From IMG/VR virus record IMGVR_UViG_3300023301_000028, positions 1-41,979 of that record: DNA of 41,979 bases; one strand, given 5' to 3'. The position numbers and the translations under genes are program-made. Position 1 is the stretch's first letter; every line of letters begins with the position of its first letter. The notes under the pieces are model-generated. The model saw only the letters and a list, made by a program, of their open reading frames with translations, ran no database searches and was not told where the DNA came from. Of this stretch, positions 15,801 to 24,770 are shown piece after piece. Origin of the DNA: a virus. Lineage: Duplodnaviria; Caudoviricetes.

Positions 15801-16285
15801 ATGACGTTTGGAATTTGCTCAAACAAAAATGACGAAATTAACGATGGATCGCTAACGGTGTCCGCAAATGCTGTACCAAATTTATTTAATGCACCTTCGG
15901 TTTGCTGCAAACGTTCTGCGCGTTCTTTTTCTTTTTGTTGCAGCCCAAGCGTCTTAGCCTCTTGCCCAACCTTTTGCAGACTTTCGCCAGACTCTTGCAC
16001 TGTTTTTGATGCAAACGGTAGCAATGTGCTAATAATGTTTCGGCCAATACCAGCTTGTTCGCCGGGTGCTGTGCCTGTCACTAAGTCAGCCAACTGACCG
16101 GGCATTTGCATCAACCCGCCTATGCCAGAAGCTAGGCTTGGTGTAATGTTGGCCGCAACACCATAGATAGGGTTTTCTTTGACTGGAGCTGGGGTGTAGC
16201 TGGAATACCGTGCTAACAAGTCTTCCTGAGTCATATCGTCAGGAACATTGGTGACAATAGTGCCGTCCGGCATTCTTACGTCCAT
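9794..16285 (-). CDS. large polyvalent internal virion/ejection protein (ddrB-like ParB domain, zincin motif, LPD38-like C-terminus)
   Basis: 2163 aa; Gly/Ala-rich hydrophobic N-terminal part; LQNRGR...GAPVV...YAVLEADQLLPS...NGRVAGL...PVLVRV; HELGH; VNFNRKG...LYAFFNSAVQG...IPMPLG...ANVIMNRDAFGRPI. Confidence 0.8.
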   Translation of the reverse strand: MDVRMPDGTIVTNVPDDMTQEDLLARYSSYTPAPVKENPIYGVAANITPSLASGIGGLMQMPGQLADLVTGTAPGEQAGIGRNIISTLLPFASKTVQESGESLQKVGQEAKTLGLQQKEKERAERLQQTEGALNKFGTAFADTVSDPSLISSFLFEQIPNVIGTGIGGLITKGAGKLLMKNASEQALSRIGVSGAVGTGVAMQGADIGYDTYKDIYERLVKEGTSPEEANTIALQKGRVAAVEAAGLSYATSKIPGAREVEKLMFKKSLSPAELAKSGTKAAAAKGFGKGAAGETLGENIEEIGGQFASNIGKQEVFPETSLTEGLGEAGAMATIGGATMGGVSGGINARREVRAAKDQALQKEMLDKGFVLEDRNGEQVYVNQKEDLSKAPEKENQPEIFYSETPLPQEMLDAGYVLTGQQEEDGINYYVYSKTPAEVTPPAQATLPLIAPPAATTAAPPVAPTVEAAAPPEATVDEPSIVEPPIVDPQIADSAASLPENVVLQNRGRNSPALIAQMNSIANTPDYSRVSVSNSFLEGAPVVFGSQTIDAGQLGRKATISSAKSNRKIPVQYAVLEADQLLPSNTVDGSSVPEYANPSFTGFKAVTNGRVAGLKEGYTRGTMNQYKQDLIADDIHGIKPDVIAGMKNPVLVRVMPQNQVTADIADESNTSSTLTLSATEQAKNDANRIDLDGLMFRDDGAISPETVRGFIAAMPQAEQQQLIDKEGRPSRQAYDRLNAAIFQKAYGNDALVALAAEAKTVDAANIINGLLQAAPQMAKLANAGEYYIRPQVVQAAETAINANRQGQKLSDVMGQQDFLNQDPIIQSVLQLFANNTRSSKKIGAGLRQIATDLNTEATRSQEPDMFGEVPARKSASAIVEESANIPADQVSQESTEEEQGLKAPTAAELKAQQDAIDKAAADKAKADRETDAKAKADAERKEVAARSEKAASEFVLGKTAEEGLSGQTDIFSTPVQISPEQQKIDALNKLEAVLLKAVPSFRAKSAGSTSILRPKPLSAPQMALIKDLAGEAIDQGVPASVFANISAAGATRMDATAAIASARGWLLLGKTWASSSRAAKLQSIIHELGHSVDKTKINGVETPISEGNAWSKANDELKNWYDTSNTKTKHPFAYPFDKQFKDKVILTSESFAQAFSFYFVSPVDLQTNAPEAYSQIQSIVEGIQNESQRSGAASATKTSAVGVKVQPSRTPKDTTIQSEAGKVGSGVSQAERVQDRDNERVDEIITLPQRGATVPSTGMPRLSIVNQPIEGTWLAAPETRLTPLVYKFQDKQVDLKDVQKQIEATTGRIDDALNAYRKETLYYGRVADQTEKFLNSELKPLLKELSDKKISLDEIDNYLQALHAQERNDSIAKKLGGMADGGSGMTTADAKKLLAGIPADKLKDLQSLATRVRKIIAGTQAIEVQGGLEQQSKIDGWNKTWPNYVPLFRTELDYVTEGSGMGQGFSTRGSSSKRAVGSDKPVKEILASVAEQRQKAIVRSEKARVGKSLFALAIANPNPDYWLAIDPASKKSLAQTRQMLLDYGFDPADVTQLMQNIAQEPKTASIKKVYNPVTKKFDAIVRYNINQQNRFSTNVLPVRINGEDKYLFFNPNNERAKRMVQSIKNLDAEQLGELTQVLGTVTRFIAALSTQYNPIFGAWNFARDVQAAALNLTTTPLRDKKAEVVAGAFKAMRGIYKETRTRRKGGQAQGHYSDLYRDMEASGGKTGFINQFTSFQKKGTIVERELKNLNQGNVKKVASVVVGWLSDYNDTLENVVRLSAYEQALKLGLSKEESAEIAKNITVNFNRKGAKTAGIGALYAFFNSAVQGTTRMIETLRGPAGRRIIAGGFLLGAFQAALLAMADFDEDDPSEFIKQKNLIFPTGDGGYVMIPMPLGFNILPNIGRILSEMAFGDKKSGQRKVTDLMEAVVSSFNPLGGGNAIQISMPTIADPIANVIMNRDAFGRPISKEDRATSPSPGYLRSRESAGEISKGIAEFINYISLGSEFNKGGFSPTGDDINYVVKQYLGGVGREIGRAAEYVAGTSKGEAVEPYKIPILGKIYGDLNAPASVANKFYVNVTEMAKHENELKGLAPRGEAPAYLRDNPSARYVKDANRLENEISKLNKTKKQLFDKNPDDERIQRIDDQKLRMMKTFNDRVRQVER

Positions 16286-16288
16286 AGC

Positions 16289-17581
16289 TTATCTCCGTGG
16301 GGTCAGCGCATTAAAGTCTACCACTCCTGAGCTGGGTGCTGTGGGAGACAACCCAAGTGCCGATTGTACGCGTTGCCCCGCGGTAGGTTTAGGCGGTGGA
16401 GCGGGCGTTAATTCCGGGAGCGGATCTGGCTGGAAATAATCGCCAACTCCAAACTTAGAGTAAATGTTTTGCCCTATTTCATTTAAGCGGGTGTAATAAG
16501 GCACGGCTGCGGGGGAATCCGGAGTAATCATAGCGGTTTGTAATTGCTTTGCTACTCTTGCTTTTTCTTTTTCAAAACCATACTCGGCCGCTTTAAGCTT
16601 ATTTAAATCAAGAGATGTGCCTGTTCGTGAGGCCGCCGCTTGCGCCGCTGCTAAACGTGTTGCAGCATCAGCACCATAATGCAAACCGGTAATGGCATTT
16701 TTTTCTGCTTCCTGACCTAGTTTCATGCCTTGGAAGCGTGAAGCGGGACCTGTATCCACAAGACCGGCCTCTTGCTTCTGACGATCAACCATAGCCTGAC
16801 GCTCTTGCGAATCCATTGTGTCGTTGTAATTTACATTGGCTGCGCCTGCGCCCGCAAGCACACTGCCGATGCCAGTACGTCCGGCTGCGCCTAACAAAAA
16901 TCTAGTCAAGCTTTCCGAGCGTCTGCGATCAGAATCATAACGGTAATCATCTATTGCGGCTCGCGCATCAATCTGACGCTGAATAACGGCACGCTCTTCA
17001 GGGGTATACCCTGATGCCTTGGTGCCTTCGTCTCGTCTTTTCTCATACTCTGCCTGTGGGTCTGCTCGGCCAATTAAAGCGCGAATTGCCTGATTAGTTA
17101 ATGCGCCCAGCCCTGTATTGCCACTTGGCGCTACGTCTGTTGGTCCGCCTTCTTCAAACGCGACAATGCCACCGGCAGCCATAGCTTTTGCACCTATATT
17201 AGGAGCAGGTAACGCACCCATGCCCTGAGTCATAGGATTCATGTTTTGCATAGGCGCTTGAGAAGATCGCTGGACTAAATCTTTAGCCGCTTGTTGCTGT
17301 TGTCTTTGCTGCGTTTGCATAGCGCCCGTGGTTTGTTGAGCCAACTCTTGCTTCGTTAAGTCAAGGACTTCTTGTTCACGAGCGTCTGCAATGGTAGGCA
17401 TTTCACCCCCCATCTTCATCTGCATATCTCTCGCGGCAGCCTCTTTCTCGGACTTGAGTTTTTGCAACGCAAGCAAGTCAATAAGTTGTTGGCTTTGCGA
17501 ATACTTTTGCGCTAACGCCTGAGGATTGCCACGATAGGCGTCCATCTTGGCTTGTACATCTTGGTCAATTCCGTTAAGCAT
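16289..17581 (-). CDS. internal virion (ejection) protein
   Basis: Gln/Ala-rich helical protein with MAAGGIVAF motif; position before the large ejection protein. Confidence 0.65.
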   Translation of the reverse strand: MLNGIDQDVQAKMDAYRGNPQALAQKYSQSQQLIDLLALQKLKSEKEAAARDMQMKMGGEMPTIADAREQEVLDLTKQELAQQTTGAMQTQQRQQQQAAKDLVQRSSQAPMQNMNPMTQGMGALPAPNIGAKAMAAGGIVAFEEGGPTDVAPSGNTGLGALTNQAIRALIGRADPQAEYEKRRDEGTKASGYTPEERAVIQRQIDARAAIDDYRYDSDRRRSESLTRFLLGAAGRTGIGSVLAGAGAANVNYNDTMDSQERQAMVDRQKQEAGLVDTGPASRFQGMKLGQEAEKNAITGLHYGADAATRLAAAQAAASRTGTSLDLNKLKAAEYGFEKEKARVAKQLQTAMITPDSPAAVPYYTRLNEIGQNIYSKFGVGDYFQPDPLPELTPAPPPKPTAGQRVQSALGLSPTAPSSGVVDFNALTPRR

Positions 17582-17593
17582 GGCCGATCCTTG

Positions 17594-18430
17594 TTATTTC
17601 GTGGGACCAAATAGCGTGTCATACAGTGACTTAATACCACCGGCGCTACCCAGTACGTTTGAAAGAGTACTTGGCTGTTGATAGCTATAAGACTGCGCTG
17701 CGAGTGGCATACCTTGTAGTAACGACTGTTGGTACTGAACTTGCTTGAAAGGGTAATCTCGCTCTTCTTTAAACTGACCGTAATCAGCCGCAATACCTTC
17801 GCCTTCAATGCCACGCTGCACTGCACCAAGTTCTGCTTGTCTACCTAGCGCATTAAGACCGTATTGATTCGTAAGGTTCTGAGCCTCCATGCCACGGCCT
17901 TGCTCGGTATTAAATTGATTGGCAGCCCTATCATACGCAGCGTTATAACCAATGCCTGTAATGTCAGCCTGCTTAGCCATTAGGTTACGGTTAAGCTCAG
18001 ACTCCATAATGGCTTGCCGACTACCACCGTAAGCGCCTGCCTTGGATAATCTAGCTGCGTCCCCCATGCGAGAGATTTCCGCTTGGCGCCGAGCTTCATT
18101 TAGTTGAGGATCTAACGCCGACTGAATATACGGGTTCATGTACTGCTGAGCCGTGCCTTGTGCCGTAAACGACTGAGGAGTAAAGCCGCCCATGTTCTGA
18201 GGCAACGCTAGCCCCGCTACGCCCTGAAACGCTTGATCCTGTAGCCCAGATGTACCGGCCGTCAAAGGACCCGTGTAGGCCTGATAAGGCGTCTCACTAA
18301 GCGCCTGACCTTTGCCAAGCATATTGGTGACGTAATCACCCGCCCAGTTAGAGAGAGACGATTCTGTGCCCGTTTGTTTGCCCGCTAGTGGATCGGGAGG
18401 AGCGATAATTCCGGTTGCTGCTGTTGCCAT
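17594..18430 (-). CDS. DNA ejection/pilot-like virion protein
   Basis: PYQAYTG, YMNPY, AGAYGGSRQA and C-terminal Gly-rich hydrophobic segment typical of podoviral pilot proteins. Confidence 0.65.
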   Translation of the reverse strand: MATAATGIIAPPDPLAGKQTGTESSLSNWAGDYVTNMLGKGQALSETPYQAYTGPLTAGTSGLQDQAFQGVAGLALPQNMGGFTPQSFTAQGTAQQYMNPYIQSALDPQLNEARRQAEISRMGDAARLSKAGAYGGSRQAIMESELNRNLMAKQADITGIGYNAAYDRAANQFNTEQGRGMEAQNLTNQYGLNALGRQAELGAVQRGIEGEGIAADYGQFKEERDYPFKQVQYQQSLLQGMPLAAQSYSYQQPSTLSNVLGSAGGIKSLYDTLFGPTK

Positions 18431-18438
18431 GATTTACC

Positions 18439-19365
18439 TCACGCGGGTAGCGTTTTCTTTAAATTAGCGGGTTTAATTTGTTTCTTTGTTCCGTGGGCGT
18501 GTTTACGCACTCTGTCCATCATTTTGTATAAAACATCTGCACCAGCTTCGGAATTTCCGCTACCCAATGCGCTTACTACGTCTGCGGAAATAACAAATTC
18601 TCCGTGTCCTAGTTTTGCAGGGTGTTTGCCATCAATCACTGCTGGTATTTTATCAGCCATTCCGTCTGTTTTACCACCTAAATAGTATCCAGCCGAGCCA
18701 GCCTCTGCCAGGCCGAGTAGACCGCCTTGTGCGTAACCGATATGACCGCCCGCAGCATTGCCACCACTATTGCCGGCTTGGCTTTGATCGAAACCTTGAA
18801 ACTCCTCTTGCGCCGGCGTAGTTGCAGTATTAGGTGTAGGTGTTGCGGCAGTAGGAATCGGTGCTTGGGGATCTAAAGGCACATACATGGGATATGCAGA
18901 CTGCGCTGCGTTCAACAACGCCGCTCTCTCGCCCTGTGTAGCAGCCAAGTTAGCCTGACTAATCGCATTCGATTGTTGTTGCATAGATTGTTGCGCCGCA
19001 GCAATGCCGGTAGCATCTGCTCTAGGTAGGTATTGAGTATTTGTAAAATACTGTCTACCGCCAGAACCCGGACGTCTTGCCGGATCTTGGTTAGCCATAG
19101 GCACTTGTTGGCGCACGGCTTGGTATTTTGGTACCGTACCTTGATAGCCGCTAGGACGTGATGATCCGCCACCGCTTCCCATAAGACCCGCAATACCACC
19201 AGCACCTGCTGATAAGAGAGATCCGAGATTTAACCCGCCAGAACCACCGGCTCCAGACAAAGACTGGCTCAATTCATTGGCGTAATAGCCTAACGAACCG
19301 TAGTCTCCGGAATAAAGATTGTTTATGCCTTCAACATAGTTGTCAATTTCGTCCATTCCAAGCAT
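18439..19365 (-). CDS. putative internal virion protein with AxGG / DxIPA...GEFV domain
   Basis: YAQGG...GGKTDGMADKIPA...LGHGEFVISADVVSALG.GNSEAG. Confidence 0.65.
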   Translation of the reverse strand: MLGMDEIDNYVEGINNLYSGDYGSLGYYANELSQSLSGAGGSGGLNLGSLLSAGAGGIAGLMGSGGGSSRPSGYQGTVPKYQAVRQQVPMANQDPARRPGSGGRQYFTNTQYLPRADATGIAAAQQSMQQQSNAISQANLAATQGERAALLNAAQSAYPMYVPLDPQAPIPTAATPTPNTATTPAQEEFQGFDQSQAGNSGGNAAGGHIGYAQGGLLGLAEAGSAGYYLGGKTDGMADKIPAVIDGKHPAKLGHGEFVISADVVSALGSGNSEAGADVLYKMMDRVRKHAHGTKKQIKPANLKKTLPA

Positions 19366-21503
19366 TATTTGCTCCTTAACATTTCGTATAAATCATTAAT
19401 AGTCTGCAAGTCATTTGAATCAATTAGGCCGCCCTCTGCATACGTATAACCACCTTCGGGCTTATAGTACTGATACCGTGGCATAGCACCCTCTACCGGC
19501 GCAGGGGCACTTTCAAATGGCGATAGCATCAAGCTTTCTTGCTTCGGCGTGGCAAACAGACTGTCGCCGCTTATGTCGTACAGGTAGTCAATCTTTGCAA
19601 CTTGAGGCGTCTTAACCGTCGAAGTCGCCATTTCAGAGAGCAAATCTACTGCTTCTTGACCGTTTCTTCTGCGATTCTCTTTATCTGCGTCCGTATCTCC
19701 GTCACCCGTGCCATCACCGGTGCCGCCACTACCTGTGCCATCACCTACGCCGCCCGAACCGCCTACATCGCCTGTGCCGCCCCCACTTACATCACCCGCC
19801 CCGCCGCTGCCTATGCCGCCTAAGCCGTCTCCTGCGCCTATACCACCAGCATCCGTGTCCGCACCACCTGTACCGCCTACACCACCCACGCCACCAGAGA
19901 CGCCGGGGATATTGCCAACTTCAGAACCTGCGTTCGGCGGTCTAATGATGTCTTGTTTAGGTGTGTAGTTTGTAAAGCTATCTAGGTAAGGCAACGTTGC
20001 AACAAAATTATTTATATTTTTTACAATGTTATCGGGCAGTGAAACGCTACCATCCGCTGCGGTAACAGCGTTTTGTTTTATAACATCTTTAAAATAATCA
20101 GCAAAATTTGCAAAATTACCGCCAAAACTCTCAGTCAAATCCACCATCGGTATGTCGTAATTAAACGCTTCCGGAATCAATATGTCCGCATATCGAGGAT
20201 CTGTTAGGTCAGTAAGAACGTTCGGAGCAGACATTTTAGGCAAATTAATACCTAAGCTTTTGTAATAATCCAAATCAGCATCTGAAGCACCAATAATATT
20301 AAAAGCACTTTCGCTGCCCGCGATTGGCTGTACATTTGCGCCCGCCTCGTAACCTTCTGTCAAGGCTTGCATCAACGAAGATTCTGCATCGCTAAAATTA
20401 ATATTTGGCATGCTCTGAAACTCGTCATACCCAGTCTCAAGGTCTGAAGGCAAGAGATCAGACAGTTCGTCAAATATGCTCGCGGTAGCGTAACTAATGG
20501 CGCCTGTCTTTAATCCGCTCTTAAGAGATTCGCCAAAATTTTGGCCGTTTGACATTCCTTGGGCTAACGTAGCAAGTCCTGCAATTACTGCCTTACTAGC
20601 CGTTGCACCTAACCCAATACCAGAAAACATAGCCGGATTAGGAATAAGACCGGCAGTTAAACCCGCCGCAACCAAGGCCGCCATCTGACCCCATCCGCCT
20701 TCACCTAAAAAGCCCCCTTGATCTTCCTTATACGGGTTAATCGTATTAGCGTTAGATTCTGTAATGTTTTTTCTGGGTGAATTCGGACTTGCATAAGTAG
20801 TTTCTAACTCGCCACTACTAGGATTAAATTGCAGGCCTGTAGGTTGAAAATCACTAGCTTTTTGGAACACCCCATTTTGATCTAAGTATTCTGTTAAATT
20901 TCCCTGAGCATCAAACTTGCGATATAAATTACCTTCGGAGTTATTCATTCCGTATTCGTAACCTAATGCTGGACCCATTGCCGTACCAAAAAGCACAGTA
21001 GAAGCCATGGCTTTTTCATTAAGTGCGTTTAAATCAAGCGCAGCAAACGCATCCTGCCCAACCCTTGTTGAGTACCCAACAGTGTTCCCATAACCGTCAT
21101 CATTAGGCACCACATTAGCTACACGATTGCCGTCAGGACCTATCAGGGCATACTCATAGCCGGATCCTGCGTCTCCGCCTGCGCCAGTGGTAAAACTTTC
21201 AATACGATAAGCCGGTTTTGGTGAAGGTGCGGGCGCAGGGGCGGGTGCCTGAGCCTGTGCCTGAGCCTGTGCTTGAGCCTGTGCTTGTGCTTGTGCTTGT
21301 TGTTGTTGTTGTTGCCAAGCTGCAGCAGCTCTTAGTTCCTCTGCGTAGTATCCGTGCATTTGAATTTGACCGTAATCATCCATGTAGTAACGATTATCGT
21401 AACCATAGTCACTATCTTCGTACACCGCCATTGATCCGCCCAAGACGCTGCCACGGCGCTGAAACGCACGGATGGGTAACATCGAGTGAAACTTATATTT
21501 CAT
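19365..21503 (-). CDS. large low-complexity putative virion protein (712 aa)
   Basis: Poly-Q/QA/PA tract, central hydrophobic helices, Gly/Asp-rich tract, C-terminal YAEGG. Confidence 0.7.
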   Translation of the reverse strand: MKYKFHSMLPIRAFQRRGSVLGGSMAVYEDSDYGYDNRYYMDDYGQIQMHGYYAEELRAAAAWQQQQQQAQAQAQAQAQAQAQAQAPAPAPAPSPKPAYRIESFTTGAGGDAGSGYEYALIGPDGNRVANVVPNDDGYGNTVGYSTRVGQDAFAALDLNALNEKAMASTVLFGTAMGPALGYEYGMNNSEGNLYRKFDAQGNLTEYLDQNGVFQKASDFQPTGLQFNPSSGELETTYASPNSPRKNITESNANTINPYKEDQGGFLGEGGWGQMAALVAAGLTAGLIPNPAMFSGIGLGATASKAVIAGLATLAQGMSNGQNFGESLKSGLKTGAISYATASIFDELSDLLPSDLETGYDEFQSMPNINFSDAESSLMQALTEGYEAGANVQPIAGSESAFNIIGASDADLDYYKSLGINLPKMSAPNVLTDLTDPRYADILIPEAFNYDIPMVDLTESFGGNFANFADYFKDVIKQNAVTAADGSVSLPDNIVKNINNFVATLPYLDSFTNYTPKQDIIRPPNAGSEVGNIPGVSGGVGGVGGTGGADTDAGGIGAGDGLGGIGSGGAGDVSGGGTGDVGGSGGVGDGTGSGGTGDGTGDGDTDADKENRRRNGQEAVDLLSEMATSTVKTPQVAKIDYLYDISGDSLFATPKQESLMLSPFESAPAPVEGAMPRYQYYKPEGGYTYAEGGLIDSNDLQTINDLYEMLRSK
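21246..21314. repeat. hexamer/trimer tandem repeat encoding Q6-(AQ)n
   Basis: GCCTGA/GCCTGT/GCTTGT hexamers followed by (TTG)n. Confidence 0.85.
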
Positions 21504-21514
21504 GCGGTTGCCTT

Positions 21515-22180
21515 TTATGGTAAGCGTGATACGTAGTTAATGCTACCTACGGCTGATGGGTTAGACGGACGAGGATACGGCAAAGTCTGTGCAGGCTGGG
21601 CTTCCATATAGATTCCGGCTACAGGCCCTATTGGATTGTAAGCCTTACTTGTGGCCCACCAAAACTTAATTTGATCGTCTTTTGCTATCTCAAATTCAAT
21701 AGAAGAGTAGGCAACAATATAGCCATAAACGCCTGCGCTCTTTCTGGCGGGGACTGTAAAGCGGCTTGAAGAACCCGGCACTAACGTTCCATTGGTTTGC
21801 AGCCAGACAAATGCATCATGTGAAACGTTATCGGTATTAACCATCTGAAGGCTGAAATCAATCTTATAGACGCCATCCTGCCCCGCTGTTGATGAGCTAT
21901 CCAGATTAAGGGTAAACCCGCTAACCGATTCTAAGGTATTAAACACAACAATAGTTGGGTCGTCATCGCCATCTGCGTATTGACTGGTTGAATCTGATGC
22001 CGCAATGTGTGGATTTTGCAGGTACTGACCGCCATTGTCGCCTAACAAGGCCTGAATAATTGCATCAATCTGCGCAAAATACAGCCGCAAAATATTCGAA
22101 TAACGGTTTTTAAAGTCCCGTGTATAGACGTTCTCAGCCATAGGTAAGGCAGGAGCTCTTGTCGGGATTAGCTTAGCCAT
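21515..22180 (-). CDS. putative virion structural protein
   Basis: APALP...NILRLYF helical N-terminus then a beta-rich domain; directly after the nozzle gene. Confidence 0.65.
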   Translation of the reverse strand: MAKLIPTRAPALPMAENVYTRDFKNRYSNILRLYFAQIDAIIQALLGDNGGQYLQNPHIAASDSTSQYADGDDDPTIVVFNTLESVSGFTLNLDSSSTAGQDGVYKIDFSLQMVNTDNVSHDAFVWLQTNGTLVPGSSSRFTVPARKSAGVYGYIVAYSSIEFEIAKDDQIKFWWATSKAYNPIGPVAGIYMEAQPAQTLPYPRPSNPSAVGSINYVSRLP

Positions 22181-24051
22181 TAACGTCTGCCGTCTTTTAC
22201 GAAATCAATTCTGGTCGCGCCCGTTTGCCATGCTGTACCAATCTGATTGGATTCATAGCGCAGCACAAACTGCCGGCCTCTCACTCGGATAAAGACTTGA
22301 CCCGTAAATTCTTCAATCGGCGCCTGTGCAATACGTACGACCGGATCAAACGCACTACCACCTACAGAGAGGGGACTATTAAAGCCTGAGCCAGAGTTTT
22401 TCATCGGCTTGATGGTCATCGTCAACTGAGGTGTTAACGACCCTGTAGACGCTCTAAACGATACGTCCGGCAATACTCGTCGAATAAACGTAAAGCTATC
22501 ACCATCACCCACGTCCCACTCGGCCGTTTCAATATAGGCATTTAATGGCAGAGTCTCGGCGCCTTCGTTATTGTCCGTGCCTATTTCATGTTCAACCAAG
22601 TTATTGCTATACGTCGCTGCAACGGGGTTATTACTTACGTCAGCGCTAATCCACGCGGTTCGTTCCATTGTGCCGTAGTACCAAATAGCTTCTACGTAGT
22701 TATAAATGACATATCTGTCTACAACAGTACTGTTCTTAGAGCAATAGAACCACCAGACTTCGTTAAAGGCCTCGTTGACACCACCAAACGCCTGATACTT
22801 CTGGGCTAAATTAATGTCCGCAAACACGTATTGTCGTAAATCACACACTAAAGTTGTTACGTTACCGTCGTATTTATAAAACTTATCAATCCCCATCCAG
22901 TACGTCACGCCAGACGCAACAACAACAGCATTGGGTCCAATGATCGAAATACCGTCCGCAAGAAGGGTCGAACCCCAAACAGCCGGAGGACCTAAGTACT
23001 GCAAGCTATAGACTGAAATATCAGTAAATACGACCATTTCCTGCCGTGTTGGCACCGCAGCAACAATTCCCGAGCCGTGGGATAAAGATAAACTACCTGC
23101 TTGGTTCGTCGCAGAGGGCGTCCAGTTAGCTGCTAATTCTTGGTCTGACCAACGAATTAGCATTGGATTTAGTGTGCTTGACCCAATATCGTTGGTGCCA
23201 AACGCCAAGACAAAACGGGAAACATTAGATACTAATAATACATTCTGGAATAACGGAACGTCAGACGCACCAACTAAAGAGCTCAGCGCAACGCCTCGAG
23301 TCGTTAATCCAGCCGAGGCATCCCAGTAATAAATACCACCCCCACGAGGGCCAAAAATTAAATCTTCGCCAAAGTTACTTTGCGACCAGATTCTTAATTC
23401 GTTTGTGGACGGAGCACCAATGCCCCATGCACCGCCACTCCAGATTCCAGAGCTCCAGCCAGTAAGAGGGATTTGTATCTCAGGGCCGACATTAAGTTGA
23501 TACGCCCCTATAGTTGTGGCACCGCCATTTCCAATATCTCCAGAAGTAGCGTTTACCCCTACATTAATCGTGTATGAGTTATCAGTTAAGATCGAAACGA
23601 CTTGATACTCTTTATTTAATACCGTAGCGGTTATTGCTCCGCCTAAACTTACAGCCCCACTATAAGTAACAAAATCTCCAATGACCACACCATTGGCGGT
23701 ATCTGTCACCGTAATAATGGAAGAACCTGTCGCAGCCGCAAAGGTAACGTCACCAGCCGCAGTGGTTAGGCGAATCGGCGTAATGTCGTAATAGGCACCA
23801 CCGTTCTCTAGGTAATATTTAAGATTAGTGCCAACAGAAATAATATTGGCGCCACCAAGCGTAATCCAGTTCCACATTGACCGGCAAACGCCGAGATATG
23901 TATTGTTAGAGACCCTCTGCCAACCGCCAATAGTTTCAGGCGTGCCTGCACGAAACCGAATCTTATCGCACTCGTACCAGCCAGTTTCCTGTTGGTAGCG
24001 GGTGTTTTCTCTATTTAGTCCACTTTTAAGTTGTAATTTTGTTAAAGCCAT
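22180..24051 (-). CDS. tail nozzle / DNA stabilisation protein (P22 gp10 or T7 gp12-like beta-propeller)
   Basis: 623 aa; LIRWSDQE...W.P...NQAG, EVWWFY, YVIYNY, RVRGRQ...DGRR. Confidence 0.75.
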   Translation of the reverse strand: MALTKLQLKSGLNRENTRYQQETGWYECDKIRFRAGTPETIGGWQRVSNNTYLGVCRSMWNWITLGGANIISVGTNLKYYLENGGAYYDITPIRLTTAAGDVTFAAATGSSIITVTDTANGVVIGDFVTYSGAVSLGGAITATVLNKEYQVVSILTDNSYTINVGVNATSGDIGNGGATTIGAYQLNVGPEIQIPLTGWSSGIWSGGAWGIGAPSTNELRIWSQSNFGEDLIFGPRGGGIYYWDASAGLTTRGVALSSLVGASDVPLFQNVLLVSNVSRFVLAFGTNDIGSSTLNPMLIRWSDQELAANWTPSATNQAGSLSLSHGSGIVAAVPTRQEMVVFTDISVYSLQYLGPPAVWGSTLLADGISIIGPNAVVVASGVTYWMGIDKFYKYDGNVTTLVCDLRQYVFADINLAQKYQAFGGVNEAFNEVWWFYCSKNSTVVDRYVIYNYVEAIWYYGTMERTAWISADVSNNPVAATYSNNLVEHEIGTDNNEGAETLPLNAYIETAEWDVGDGDSFTFIRRVLPDVSFRASTGSLTPQLTMTIKPMKNSGSGFNSPLSVGGSAFDPVVRIAQAPIEEFTGQVFIRVRGRQFVLRYESNQIGTAWQTGATRIDFVKDGRR

Positions 24052-24059
24052 AGTATAGT
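24031..24059 (+). promoter_or_regulatory. sigma70-type promoter for the GIY-YIG gene
   Basis: TTGTAA (24031-24036), 17 nt, TATAGT (24054-24059); overlaps the first codons of the nozzle gene on the other strand. Confidence 0.55.
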
Positions 24060-24083
24060 ACCTCTTTTAACAGGGAGAACACT

Positions 24084-24770
24084 ATGTATGTATATGTATG
24101 GAAAGACGCCGATGGCACGCCTTTTTATGTTGGCATGGCAAAAAACGTTCGACGCCCCAATCCAAAATCTGTTGGACATAGGAATGCAGCCTGCGTAGAG
24201 GCGGTAAAAAAGATTGGTGCAGACAACGTTATTATTGAACTTCATATAGCTCCAGACGCTGAGACCGCTAAACAAATGGAACGCGATCTAATCGAACGTT
24301 ATGGCAAAATTTCCAATGGAACGGGAACATTAACAAACATCGCAAAAGGTGGGGCATATCACAAAACAACTCAAGCGACCAAAGACAAACTTAAAACGTT
24401 ATGGCAAGACCCTGTTCATAGACAAAAAACCATACATCGAAAACCTAGAAATTTAGCCGACAGCACAAAACTTATACTGCGTGATAACTTGCAGAACAAC
24501 CCTGCCATGAAAACATGGTCTGAACGTAACGGCAAAGACGAATCTTTCGACGCAAAAAGAATAGCTGGTATTAAAGCCGCCCAACCTAAAAGAGCAGAAA
24601 AAATGCGCGACCCTGTTGCTTTAGCGCAGAGGAAAGAACGGTTAAAAGTTACCATGAGCTCCCCCGAGTATAAAGCCAAACGTGCAAAGTTTGATACCCC
24701 TGAGTACCGCCAAAAGCTTTCTGAGGCAAAGAAGCGATACTGGGCAGAAAAGAAGTTGCAGTTTACTTAA
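24084..24770 (+). CDS. GIY-YIG endonuclease, free-standing homing-endonuclease-like
   Basis: YVYVW...PFYVG...R...E..LI...LTN.AKGG; basic C-terminal repeats (YRQKLSEAKK); only plus-strand gene in the late operon. Confidence 0.82.
   Translation: MYVYVWKDADGTPFYVGMAKNVRRPNPKSVGHRNAACVEAVKKIGADNVIIELHIAPDAETAKQMERDLIERYGKISNGTGTLTNIAKGGAYHKTTQATKDKLKTLWQDPVHRQKTIHRKPRNLADSTKLILRDNLQNNPAMKTWSERNGKDESFDAKRIAGIKAAQPKRAEKMRDPVALAQRKERLKVTMSSPEYKAKRAKFDTPEYRQKLSEAKKRYWAEKKLQFT

Noticed and set aside
9794-16285. Tape measure protein
   Set aside because: It lacks periodic tape-measure repeats and neighbouring tail-assembly chaperones; its domain content and podoviral neighbours indicate an ejection/polyvalent protein.
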